32,750 bases of DNA from the IMG/VR virus record IMGVR_UViG_3300040770_000333, positions 1 through 32,750 of that record. One strand, given 5' to 3'. Source of the stretch: a virus. The translations under genes were made by a program, and so were the position numbers. The notes beneath the pieces were generated by a model, which had not been told where the DNA came from, did not search any database, and saw only the letters and a list, made by a program, of their open reading frames with translations. The stretch's first letter is position 1, and every line of letters starts with the position of its first letter. Below are positions 1 through 8,364 of the stretch, piece by piece.

Positions 1-55
1 ATGAAAACAAGAATTTTAGTATTGCTTTTACTAGCATTTTCAAGCGTTACGATCG
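1..55. repeat. Terminal direct repeat copy 1, identical to 32696-32750; overlap of a circular assembly
   Basis: The 55 nt atgaaaacaagaattttagtattgcttttactagcattttcaagcgttacgatcg occur exactly at both window ends. The CDS beginning at 1 therefore really begins at 32696 of the circle. Confidence 0.9.
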
Positions 56-2013
56 CGCAGACTACATTAGCTAATAAGCTAAAAATTACAGGAAACTCAA
101 CTAGCACTACAGCTACAAAAGTAAATGTGCAAGAGGATGATGGAACGGTTAATACAAAGCCGCTTAGTGACTTTGGAACTGTTACAAGTGTAACAGGAAC
201 CGATGGAATATCCGTAGCTAACGGAACAACTACGCCAGTTATAGGAATAAGTACTATTTCCCAATTAAAGGTCGCTGGATTAGTTACTGATTTAGGTTTA
301 AAACTAGATAAAGGTAGTTTTATAGGAACTGCAGATAAGTTGGTAGATGTTATAGAAGTAGTAAATTTTTTAGCATTACCAATTACAGGAGTAGCGGGTA
401 AAATATACGTTACCAATGACGATAACAAAATTTATAGATGGAACGGAACTATTTATGTTGAGTTATCGGTTACAGATATAAGTGGTAAAGAAGATAAAAC
501 CAACAAACAAAACGACCTTACAGCAGATGTAACTAATTTAAAATACCCAACAGTTACGGCTGTTAATGATGGATTTATTAATTCAATTAATTCTTCAATA
601 TATGCTTGGGGAGATAGCTTAACTTTTGGGACTGGTTCAACTACAGGGAATGATTACCCTTCAATATTATCTACTCTTGTAAATTGGAAAGTTTACAACA
701 AAGGCATTCCGGGCGAAACTTCAACACAAATAAAAGATAGATTTGTTTCTTTTTACACTGCAAATTCAATTGAATTAAAAAAACCTATAATAATTTGGGC
801 AGGTAGAAATAACTACCCAGATGCAACAACAATAAAAGCAGATATTGCTACTATGATAGCTATGTTGCCACATAAAAACTATTTAGTATTAGGGATTACC
901 AATTCAAATCCCGGAGAGCCAATAGGCAACAGCGGATATACTCAAATAGTTACTTTAAATAATGATCTATCGATTTTGTATCAGGGTAGATTTTTAGATG
1001 TTAGAAAATGGCTTGTAGCTAATTACAACCAATTATTGCCCCAAGATGTAATAGATTTCGGTTTAGATGTACCACCTACTTCTTTATTGTCTGATAATAT
1101 ACACTTGAACAATAAGGGTTATAGATTAGTTAATGATTTGATTGTAAAAAGTTTCGCCTATTTAAGTAATTCGTCTAATGCTTCTTTTAACTCTTTAAAT
1201 GCAAGAGTCTTATTTCTCCCAAATACAGTTAATTCTATTTTAAAAACAGGTGTGAATGGACAAGTTTCCAACGCTGCTATTTATGAAAATAGTTTTAATT
1301 TAGGACTTGGATTTTTGCCAAACGCAATATCCGACACTCAAAATTTTGAGTTTATAAACGGAGGTACAATTGCTAGTAGGGTTGCGGTTCCTCAATTTTC
1401 TATATCGTCAAATGCTTACGGTACTTTTTACGCTTCAAAATACAAAACATCAAATTTTTCAAGCCAAATATTATTAAATGGAAATGCTGGAACTTTTGAA
1501 ATTAGTACCGCACCTTCTGGAATAATAAACGAATCTATAATATACACAAATAGATTTTATGTGGCAAATGATGGGAAAATAGGCATAGGAACAACTTCGC
1601 CAAATGCAAAATTAGATGTAAACGGAACATTTAACGCTACAGGAGCAGCCACATTCTCATCAAGTGTTACGGCAGCAAATGGAACGGCTTTAACTCATTT
1701 AATTACTAAAGGTCAAACTTTATACAATAACCTATCAATAACAGCAAATAGAACGGTTACAATAGCTGATTTTGTAAATACGAACGAGTTGATAATATTT
1801 GCTGATGCAACAGCAGGAAACTTAACTGTAGCACTACCAAGCGCAAGTTTATTAAGTGGATATTCTGTAACGATTAAACTTACTGCCTCAACAGCAAACA
1901 GCGTAACAATAACAGGAAATGCAAATATAGATGGCGCTAGTACTTTAGTGTTAAGCGGTCAATATTCTAAATCAAAAATAACAAGCAACGGAACTCAATA
2001 CTTTATACTATGA
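1..2013 (+). CDS. Tail-fibre-like protein with an internal SGNH/GDSL esterase domain and a signal-peptide-like N-terminus
   Basis: 670-aa ORF. SGNH blocks are visible: IYAWGDSLTFGTG (GDS), NKGIPGETS (Gly block), WAGRNNY (GxN), DNIHLNNKGY (DxxH). A fibre-type motif GKIGIGTTSPNAKLDVNGT is present, and the termini are Thr/Ser/Asn-rich and look beta-rich. The N-terminus is MKTRILVLLLLAFSSVTIAQ. Confidence 0.7.
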   Translation: MKTRILVLLLLAFSSVTIAQTTLANKLKITGNSTSTTATKVNVQEDDGTVNTKPLSDFGTVTSVTGTDGISVANGTTTPVIGISTISQLKVAGLVTDLGLKLDKGSFIGTADKLVDVIEVVNFLALPITGVAGKIYVTNDDNKIYRWNGTIYVELSVTDISGKEDKTNKQNDLTADVTNLKYPTVTAVNDGFINSINSSIYAWGDSLTFGTGSTTGNDYPSILSTLVNWKVYNKGIPGETSTQIKDRFVSFYTANSIELKKPIIIWAGRNNYPDATTIKADIATMIAMLPHKNYLVLGITNSNPGEPIGNSGYTQIVTLNNDLSILYQGRFLDVRKWLVANYNQLLPQDVIDFGLDVPPTSLLSDNIHLNNKGYRLVNDLIVKSFAYLSNSSNASFNSLNARVLFLPNTVNSILKTGVNGQVSNAAIYENSFNLGLGFLPNAISDTQNFEFINGGTIASRVAVPQFSISSNAYGTFYASKYKTSNFSSQILLNGNAGTFEISTAPSGIINESIIYTNRFYVANDGKIGIGTTSPNAKLDVNGTFNATGAATFSSSVTAANGTALTHLITKGQTLYNNLSITANRTVTIADFVNTNELIIFADATAGNLTVALPSASLLSGYSVTIKLTASTANSVTITGNANIDGASTLVLSGQYSKSKITSNGTQYFIL

Positions 2014-2588
2014 GATATTTAATAATTTTAATATTTTCAGTTTATTCATTTTCGCAGTCGGCTAGCGATCCAAGATTGAGAGTAAGCGTGTCACCTAATA
2101 CGGTTTTAACTACTACGTTTCAAACAATTAATTTTAACGGTACTGAATCATTAAACGCAAATCTTTTTGGAATACACCCACCAACAGGAAAATTTTTATT
2201 TGATTATGATACTGCAACAAGTTTGTTTAAATATTACGGTAATTACGATCAAGGTTTTTTCATATCGTTTCAATTTAAAACAACAAGTACGGTATTAACT
2301 ACTAGAGCAAGTTTGCAGTTACGTTTTGTAATACCTAATGGAGTAAGTCCAGGAGTAGATTTATACTTTCCATTTTCGGGACAAGGGGACTATGTAGATT
2401 TAAGCGAAGTTACTTTATTGTCGGTAGCTCAAAATAACATACCATTTGAACAAAACATTTATACAAATGCAGCATTAAGAATAAACGGATTTAAAATACA
2501 AGTTAGAATATCTAATCCTTTAGCAGGTATTGGTACTGTTACTTTAAATTACGCATCACTTAGAATACAGGGAATTAATAAAAACTAA
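2010..2588 (+). CDS. Hypothetical protein with a signal-peptide-like N-terminus (fibre-associated?)
   Basis: 192-aa ORF with an ATGA start/stop overlap with the upstream fibre gene. Hydrophobic N-terminus MRYLIILIFSVYSFSQSA. Confidence 0.55.
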   Translation: MRYLIILIFSVYSFSQSASDPRLRVSVSPNTVLTTTFQTINFNGTESLNANLFGIHPPTGKFLFDYDTATSLFKYYGNYDQGFFISFQFKTTSTVLTTRASLQLRFVIPNGVSPGVDLYFPFSGQGDYVDLSEVTLLSVAQNNIPFEQNIYTNAALRINGFKIQVRISNPLAGIGTVTLNYASLRIQGINKN

Positions 2589-2600
2589 ACACAAATACAC

Positions 2601-2825
2601 ATGGAAAAATTAAAAAACTGGTGGTTTGCAATCGTAGGATTTGCATTAATCATTTTAGATCAAGGATTTGAAGTCTTAAATCCATTTTTAGTAGAGGTAG
2701 GAATCCAACAAAAATGGATTGGTATTTTAAAAGTAATTTTTGGTTTATACGGTGTTTATAAATTGAAAATTCAACTACCTACTAGAAACCCAGACAAGCT
2801 TCAAGAAAGAGTAAATAAATTATAA
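2601..2825 (+). CDS. Small membrane protein, putative holin
   Basis: 74 aa with two hydrophobic segments (WWFAIVGFALIILD; WIGILKVIFGLYGVY) and a charged C-terminus. It lies two genes upstream of the endolysin. Confidence 0.45.
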   Translation: MEKLKNWWFAIVGFALIILDQGFEVLNPFLVEVGIQQKWIGILKVIFGLYGVYKLKIQLPTRNPDKLQERVNKL

Positions 2826-2840
2826 AAATATTTTTTTAGA

Positions 2841-3473
2841 ATGTTAGAAATTACAAAAGAATTAATACTTCCAATCATTTTGGTTTTAATACCAATCATT
2901 AGTCTCCATATTGAAAATAAAAGGCTAAAAAAGAAAAATATTGAGCTAAAGGAAGAAGTAAAGGATGCCTCGATCAGTTTAGAAATAAACCTTGAAATCC
3001 TTAACTATATTCAAGAAATAGCTTCTAAGATTTTAAAAAACACAAATACTGATCGGTTTTTAATACTTACCGCAACCAATGGGAAAACTGATTTGAAATA
3101 TGCTAATGCTATCTACGAACATCACGACATTTCGCCAAAAATTAATCTTTCTGTTGGGGCAACATTAAAGTATAAAAAATTCAAGTTTGATTCTGCTTAC
3201 AAAGAAATGTTAAAGCAGTCAGAGCAATGGGGAATGGTTAGTTATGATGTTAATAAAATGGATGGTTGCGATTTAAAGGACATATATAATTCAGAAGGTG
3301 TTTTGTTTTCAAATATTTTCTTTTTGATAAGAACAAAAATTGATGAAGATAATGATCGAATGTTTTATTGCTCTGTTGGTACACATGGAGACAAACCTTT
3401 TACACAGGCTGAAACTATGATAATGAGAGCGCATTTGAACGGATTAAGAACAAGATTGCAAGAAATGATTTAA
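2841..3473 (+). CDS. Membrane-anchored hypothetical protein inside the lysis cassette
   Basis: 210-aa ORF with an N-terminal TM segment (ELILPIILVLIPIISL) followed by a charged helix. No recognisable catalytic motif. Confidence 0.5.
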   Translation: MLEITKELILPIILVLIPIISLHIENKRLKKKNIELKEEVKDASISLEINLEILNYIQEIASKILKNTNTDRFLILTATNGKTDLKYANAIYEHHDISPKINLSVGATLKYKKFKFDSAYKEMLKQSEQWGMVSYDVNKMDGCDLKDIYNSEGVLFSNIFFLIRTKIDEDNDRMFYCSVGTHGDKPFTQAETMIMRAHLNGLRTRLQEMI

Positions 3474-3485
3474 AAAAAAATAATT

Positions 3486-4061
3486 ATGAAAATAGGTGTC
3501 TCAGAAAATAGTTTTAAAAAAGCAGCTACAAAGTTAGGATGTGAAGTCGCTATGATTAAAGCGGTTGATGCTAAGGAAAGTAAAGGTGGTGGCTTTTTAC
3601 CTAATGGTGATGTCAAGATTTTATTTGAACCTCACATATTTTGGAAGTATTTAAGGATGGCAGGAATTACTCCAGTGCTTTCAGATATCTGTTACCCTAG
3701 GTGGGGAACTAAACCTTATGGTAAGGAAAGTCAGCAACACACAAAGTTGCAAAGAGCTGTCCGTATAAGCAGGAATATAGCTTTGATGTCGGCCTCTTGG
3801 GGAAGGTTTCAAATAATGGGTTTTAATTTTAAAGCTTGTGGTTGTAAAAACATCCAAGAGTTTGTGAATAAAATGATGGAAAGCGAGGAATCTCAGTTGG
3901 AATTATTTGTGAACTACATACTTAGTTCCTATTTAGACGATGAACTTCAAGAATTAGATTTTCAAGGTTTTGGACTTGGTTATAATGGTCCTCTTTATTT
4001 TAAACACGAGTATCATACAAAATTAAAAAATCTGTATTTACAATTTAAAAAGGAAGCATAA
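3486..4061 (+). CDS. Endolysin, N-acetylmuramidase family (DUF3380/PF11860-like)
   Basis: 191 aa. The stretch GGGFLPNGDVKILFEPHIFWKYL ... WGRFQIMGFNFKACG resembles the DUF3380 muramidase family. Its position after the holin-like gene fits. Confidence 0.75.
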   Translation: MKIGVSENSFKKAATKLGCEVAMIKAVDAKESKGGGFLPNGDVKILFEPHIFWKYLRMAGITPVLSDICYPRWGTKPYGKESQQHTKLQRAVRISRNIALMSASWGRFQIMGFNFKACGCKNIQEFVNKMMESEESQLELFVNYILSSYLDDELQELDFQGFGLGYNGPLYFKHEYHTKLKNLYLQFKKEA

Positions 4062-4750
4062 TGAAACAGATAAATTTATTTAGTCAGTCGTTAAAGGAAG
4101 CAGCAAAATATATTGGCTGGGTTTTGTTGTTTATTTTTTTATGGTTTCGGGGTTGTTCTGGTGACACTCCAAAACCACAAACTACAAAAGTTACTGTTCC
4201 AGAAGTGAAAGCAAGTTTTGAAGCTAAGAAACCTAATCACGAGCTAATTGAAAAGGTCAAAAAAAGACCAACAAAATCACTAAGAAATAACTTTAATAAG
4301 AGTTCAAGTGTTGATTTTGTTGATAATGAAAAGACCAAAGAAAATGAAAAATTAAAATCTGATTTCGCAAAAGAAACAGATTCTTTAAAAAAAATAATAG
4401 CTTACAATAAAGCGGTTAAACTTAATAAATTCTCAACAAAGTTTGAAGATGAAAATTTATTACTAAACATCGATGGAATAGTACAAGGAGAAGTCCAAGA
4501 AGTTACGCCAAATTATACAATAAAGAAAAAGGAAGTATCTGTATCGGTTAAACAAAAAGAAACAGTATTTAGGGTATTAGCGGGTGGAGCTGTAGGAATT
4601 AACAAAGGCCTGAATCAAGCGGCGTATCAATTAGACCTTAATTTTCAAAATAGAAAAGGAAATATTATTTCTGCTGAATATTTAAACGTTGGAAATCAAG
4701 ATTTTGGAATGTTAGGCTATAAGCATTCTATAATTAATATTAAGAGGTAG
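4061..4750 (+). CDS. Membrane/lipoprotein-like protein, possible spanin-type lysis accessory
   Basis: 229 aa with a TAATG overlap with the endolysin. Hydrophobic N-terminus ending in FRGCSGD (a possible but atypical lipobox). The middle is Lys/Glu-rich. Confidence 0.45.
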   Translation: MKQINLFSQSLKEAAKYIGWVLLFIFLWFRGCSGDTPKPQTTKVTVPEVKASFEAKKPNHELIEKVKKRPTKSLRNNFNKSSSVDFVDNEKTKENEKLKSDFAKETDSLKKIIAYNKAVKLNKFSTKFEDENLLLNIDGIVQGEVQEVTPNYTIKKKEVSVSVKQKETVFRVLAGGAVGINKGLNQAAYQLDLNFQNRKGNIISAEYLNVGNQDFGMLGYKHSIINIKR

Positions 4751-4772
4751 GTTTTTTGTTTTTTTGTTGAGT

Positions 4773-4809
4773 AAAGCAGTTCTTAAATGAGCTGCTTTTT
4801 TTGTTTTTT
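4773..4809 (+). terminator. Rho-independent terminator of the fibre/lysis operon
   Basis: Stem AAAGCAG (4773-4779) pairs with CTGCTTT (4792-4798) and is followed by a long T tract. Confidence 0.65.
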
Positions 4810-4814
4810 AAAAG

Positions 4815-5050
4815 ATTGTCGGAATTATATCGGAATTTAATATTAATAAAAAAAGCGATAAACCTTTATATCATTGGGTTTATCGCTTTTTAATTGTGAC
4901 CACGGTGGTATTCACGAAGCCTAAATCAAATTAAATGCAATTAAACAAAAACATAGTAAAATTGAGTACTTAATCGGTTTTGTGTATGTTTTTATAAAAC
5001 TATATTTAAATGTATTTAATTAGTTGTCGGAATAATGTCGGAATTTAATT
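4815..5050. other. Candidate attP region with arm-type integrase binding repeats
   Basis: Two 26-nt direct repeats match at 24/26 positions: TTGTCGGAATTATATCGGAATTTAAT (4816-4841) and TTGTCGGAATAATGTCGGAATTTAAT (5024-5049). Each holds two TCGGAAT units 11 bp apart. They flank a roughly 180-bp non-coding core immediately upstream of int. The core contains ACCAC-G-GTGGT (4899-4909). Confidence 0.5.
4847..4892. terminator. Strong bidirectional hairpin terminator inside the att region
   Basis: Perfect 11-bp stem AGCGATAAACC (4854-4864) / GGTTTATCGCT (4877-4887), flanked by an A-run upstream and a T-run downstream. Confidence 0.6.
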
Positions 5051-5077
5051 TACCTTTACATTCCTAAAATTAAAAAT

Positions 5078-6268
5078 ATGGCAACTATTAAATTTTTATT
5101 AATCAGCGAGCAAAACCCATCTTATATTTATTTGCGATTTATCGATGGCAGAAATTTTGATTTTAAGGTAAAAACTAATTTCATAATAAACCCGATAGAC
5201 TGGAGCCAAGCAAAACAAAAACCCAAAAATTTAAAGAAAGTCGATTTTAAGAATCTCGATACCGAGCTTCAGAACTTAAAAACAAATTTACTACAACATT
5301 TTAATACTTCGACTGAAACTATAAATTTATTATGGTTAAAGAATTTCATTAACCCAAAAAATGAAAGTAATGCCCCAGATGAATTAATATTGTATTTTGA
5401 TTATTATTTAAAACTTCGAAAAAACGAACTCACTTTGGCGACCACTAAAAAAATAAATGTGGTTAAAAATAAATTGATCCAAATTGAAAAGTTCGCGAAC
5501 AAAAAATATAAAATCAAAGATGTTAATTTAGTTTTCAAAAAAGAATTTGAGGACTGGAACAAATCAAAAGGGTATGCGGACAATACTATTTCAGAAAATC
5601 TAAAAGAAATAAAATCTATTTGCCGGCACGCTGGAAAACACGGCGTGCCCATAAGTAATTTACTAAGTGATATTAGCACCACGCAAACTAAAGCGATCAG
5701 CATTTTTTTAACCTTTGAAGAAATCGAAAAAATACAAAATGCAGCATTAGAATTTGATTACTTACAAAATGCTAGGGACTGGCTTATTATCTCATGTTAC
5801 ACAGCGCAACGAGTGTCTGATTTTATGCGTTTCAATACCGAAATGATACGAGAGCAAGACGGAAATAAATTAATTGAATTTACGCAGCTTAAAACGGGCA
5901 AGATTATGACATTGCCATTACACCCAAAGGTTATTGAGGTCCTGAACAAACGCAATGGAGATTTCCCACACGCCATTTCCAGCCAGAAATACAACGACTA
6001 CATAAAAAAAGTATGTGAGATCGCAGAAATTAATGATACGGTGTACGGTGGAAAAATGGAAAAGAACCGAAAATTATTTAAGCAGTATAAAAAACATGAA
6101 TTGGTTACTTCGCACATTGGCCGCCGATCCTTTGCCACTAACTTTTACGGAAAAATACCTACTGCATTACTCATGGGTGCAACTGGCCATACAACCGAAG
6201 CAATGTTTCTTGTTTACATAGGAAAAAGCAACACCGATAAAGCTGTTGAATTGAGTAAGTATTTTTAG
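5078..6268 (+). CDS. int: Tyrosine recombinase / phage integrase (Bacteroidetes type with an N-terminal arm-binding domain)
   Basis: 396 aa. Catalytic signature is visible: TAQRVSDF (Arg I), SHIGRRSFAT (H-x-x-R), GHTTEAMFLVYIG (His ... Tyr). It is adjacent to the att-like repeats. Confidence 0.9.
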   Translation: MATIKFLLISEQNPSYIYLRFIDGRNFDFKVKTNFIINPIDWSQAKQKPKNLKKVDFKNLDTELQNLKTNLLQHFNTSTETINLLWLKNFINPKNESNAPDELILYFDYYLKLRKNELTLATTKKINVVKNKLIQIEKFANKKYKIKDVNLVFKKEFEDWNKSKGYADNTISENLKEIKSICRHAGKHGVPISNLLSDISTTQTKAISIFLTFEEIEKIQNAALEFDYLQNARDWLIISCYTAQRVSDFMRFNTEMIREQDGNKLIEFTQLKTGKIMTLPLHPKVIEVLNKRNGDFPHAISSQKYNDYIKKVCEIAEINDTVYGGKMEKNRKLFKQYKKHELVTSHIGRRSFATNFYGKIPTALLMGATGHTTEAMFLVYIGKSNTDKAVELSKYF

Positions 6269-6281
6269 GTTGAAAAAGTTA

Positions 6282-6761
6282 TTAATTAAGCAGAGTGTCG
6301 TTACCGAAATCTATTTTTAATAGTGTTGTAATTAATTTTTCAACATCTTTTAAAGTCAATGTAGTGTATGCATCACTATCAGATGATTTTTGTAAATATA
6401 ATGCAGTACTAAAATCGTAAAGCGCTAAATTATATCTTTTTCTATTCCATTTAAGATCAATTTTTTCCTTTGATTGCATTTGTGTTTTTGCAGTATTCAA
6501 ATCTTTAATAAATTGAGTTATACTTTCTTTGTCGTTAAAAGCAACTGATTTAATATCTGTAATTGACTTGTATTTTTCATTTTGAAAACCTAAATACAAC
6601 AAGTATCTAATTTCTTTAGTTTCTAATTCAGTAGATTTATCGTATAAAAAATTAATTTTCCCTATTTTTTGATCTATTAATTTTTCATTTTTTGTTTGGC
6701 CGAAACTAATTGCGGTTACTAATAATAAAATCCTTAATGTAATTTTTTTCATCTTTTTCAT
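6282..6761 (-). CDS. Secreted/periplasmic hypothetical protein co-oriented with the repressor (lysogenic-conversion or superinfection-exclusion candidate)
   Basis: 159 aa with the signal peptide MKKMKKITLRILLLVTAISFGQ. It starts 8 nt downstream of the repressor stop on the minus strand. Confidence 0.6.
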   Translation of the reverse strand: MKKMKKITLRILLLVTAISFGQTKNEKLIDQKIGKINFLYDKSTELETKEIRYLLYLGFQNEKYKSITDIKSVAFNDKESITQFIKDLNTAKTQMQSKEKIDLKWNRKRYNLALYDFSTALYLQKSSDSDAYTTLTLKDVEKLITTLLKIDFGNDTLLN

Positions 6762-6769
6762 TTTTTTAA

Positions 6770-7405
6770 TTAGAATAAATGGCTTGACGCCTGAACTTTG
6801 AATATTGCAGAAATACTGCTTTTTTTTATTTGTTGTGGTGGGAACTCCTCTTTTTTGCTGTCAGTAGGTTTACTAATTAATGTAAAATACTCGTCAGTAT
6901 CTCCCTTTGTAATCACTTTTATCATTCTAAAATTATCATTAGTTACAATAGCGTAAATCTCTCCAAAAGGGAAAAACTCCTGCCAGCTATTTATTTTTAT
7001 CAATCCTATTGCGTCTCCGTGACATATAACTTTTGCCATTGATTGACCCGATGCCCTTACCACATAATCACAACCTTTAAAAAACGGATGGCTAATATAG
7101 GAATCTGGTCTAATTTGATTGTTGTTTTCAATTACCAAAAAGCTTGCTGTAAAATCTATATCATAATATGGAACGCCTTTGTAATATTCCGCACCTGGTT
7201 CCGTAATTAAATTATTTGAATGATTAGTTTTATCAAGTTCGAAATCAAACATTTTTTCGATTTCTTTAATCTGTAAATTACTTAAACTTTTTCGATTAAC
7301 AGCCATTCTAAAAGCCTCTCCTTCCATACCAATAATAGATCCCAAGTCTTTATTGCTAAGCTTTTTTGTTGTCTTATGTAGCGCTAGTAATTTGTAAAAA
7401 TCCAT
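6770..7405 (-). CDS. cI/LexA-like repressor (HTH plus S24 peptidase domain)
   Basis: S24 motifs are present: VVRASGQSMAKV (nucleophilic Ser in G-x-S-M) and FRMIKVITKG (general-base Lys). The N-terminal HTH-like region is LSNKDLGSIIGMEGEAFRMAV. The start is set at the internal Met (MDFYKLL, 7405). The ORF-track extension to 7543 runs through the promoter/operator region. Confidence 0.75.
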   Translation of the reverse strand: MDFYKLLALHKTTKKLSNKDLGSIIGMEGEAFRMAVNRKSLSNLQIKEIEKMFDFELDKTNHSNNLITEPGAEYYKGVPYYDIDFTASFLVIENNNQIRPDSYISHPFFKGCDYVVRASGQSMAKVICHGDAIGLIKINSWQEFFPFGEIYAIVTNDNFRMIKVITKGDTDEYFTLISKPTDSKKEEFPPQQIKKSSISAIFKVQASSHLF

Positions 7406-7757
7406 ATCGATTTTATTTGTAATGATTATAAATAAACCATAATTCGAAATTTTGTTTGATTTATTTGTTTGAAATCGAACAAGTGTTTGTATATTTGCCT
7501 TGTACAAATGCAGATACGCAAATGTAGCGAAGTTCTTTGACATATAGAAAACAAAAAAACTACAAAAATTAAAGCCTGTGGGTTAAAAAATTCCCTATTT
7601 GAAATATGGCTGAAAAATAAAAAACGCTGTTGGATTTGAAATATGAATCTGCTTTCAATGCAACAACGGCACTAAATTTAATTTACGGACGCCGAATGTA
7701 CGACTAAAGATTATATAAAACGCTTAGAATCAGTATAAATAAAAAACAAACAAAAAA
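7406..7757. promoter_or_regulatory. Divergent genetic-switch region (repressor versus cro-like gene) with repeated operator-like motifs
   Basis: A perfect 12-bp direct repeat ATTTGAAATATG occurs at 7597-7608 and 7634-7645, with a related TTTGAAAT near 7469. -7-box-like TAnnTTTG motifs occur on both strands: TATATTTG near 7490 on +, and TACATTTG on - (complement near 7524-7531). Confidence 0.4.
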
Positions 7758-7994
7758 ATGGAAACAAAATCACTTAGTGAGGAAATCAAACATATTATAA
7801 GAAATGATATTCCTCTTAGAAAAAAAATAGCCGTGCAACTAGGTATCGAACAAAGGACAGTTTACCATTATGCCGCTACAAAAAAGAGAGAAAGGGCGTT
7901 GACTAGATACCCAATAGTAATTGAAATTCTCAAAAAACACACGGGATTTTCAGAAAGTAAAATCTTAGTTAAAAATAAAATCAAAACAGCATGA
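7758..7994 (+). CDS. Cro-like small HTH regulator
   Basis: 78 aa and the first gene divergent from the repressor. HTH-like segment KKIAVQLGIEQRTVYHYA. Confidence 0.5.
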   Translation: METKSLSEEIKHIIRNDIPLRKKIAVQLGIEQRTVYHYAATKKRERALTRYPIVIEILKKHTGFSESKILVKNKIKTA

Positions 7995-8078
7995 GAGCAT
8001 TTCTAAAATTGTTTCGATTGATTTATTCAAGACTTCAAGAACAATCCAGAAACTGTCCATCAGAAACAAAATGGTAAT

Positions 8079-8336
8079 ATGGAAGCAATTCAATTTATAC
8101 AAGTGAATCCTAAAGATTTTCAAAATGAGATTATCAAAGGGATTTTGGAAATTATAGCAAAGCCTAAAGATGACGAGGTTCTACTTACTCAAAGTGAGGT
8201 TTGTGCTTTTTACAAAGTGTCAAAACCTACAATCATCAAATGGCAAAAGGAAGGAAAAATAAAAGCGTACTCGATAGACAACGAACGCCGATATAAGAAA
8301 AGTGAACTACTGGACACATTAGTTTTAATGAAATAA
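8079..8336 (+). CDS. Excisionase-family (HTH_17/MerR-like) DNA-binding protein
   Basis: 85 aa. LTQSEVCAFYKVSKPTIIKWQKEGKIKAY matches the helix-turn-helix pattern of the excisionase family. Confidence 0.55.
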   Translation: MEAIQFIQVNPKDFQNEIIKGILEIIAKPKDDEVLLTQSEVCAFYKVSKPTIIKWQKEGKIKAYSIDNERRYKKSELLDTLVLMK

Positions 8337-8364
8337 AAAAACCACTTCGCGAAAAGTGGTTTTA
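8335..8364 (+). terminator. Hairpin terminator after the xis-like gene
   Basis: AAAACCACTT (8337-8347 region) pairs with AAGTGGTTTT (8354-8363). An A-run lies upstream and a T-run downstream. Confidence 0.5.

Noticed and set aside
4891-4930. A search for a tRNA 3' fragment (the typical attB/attP identity segment) in the att core, for example around GTGACCACGGTGGTATTCACGAAGCC.
   Set aside because: I could not fit a T-arm (GGTTCGAATCC-like) or an acceptor stem on either strand. No tRNA gene was recognised anywhere in the window.
5404-6221. ORFs 5404-5703 (-), 5797-5994 (-) and 6015-6221 (+) overlapping the integrase gene.
   Set aside because: They are embedded in a CDS with clear tyrosine-recombinase catalytic motifs. 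The translations look non-protein-like, and they have no independent signals.
7406-7543. A 46-codon N-terminal extension of the repressor ORF (ORF track 6770-7543).
   Set aside because: The extension runs through the AT-rich switch region, which contains -7-box-like and operator-like motifs. It encodes an implausible hydrophobic peptide ahead of the HTH. The internal Met at 7405 gives a normal cI-like architecture.
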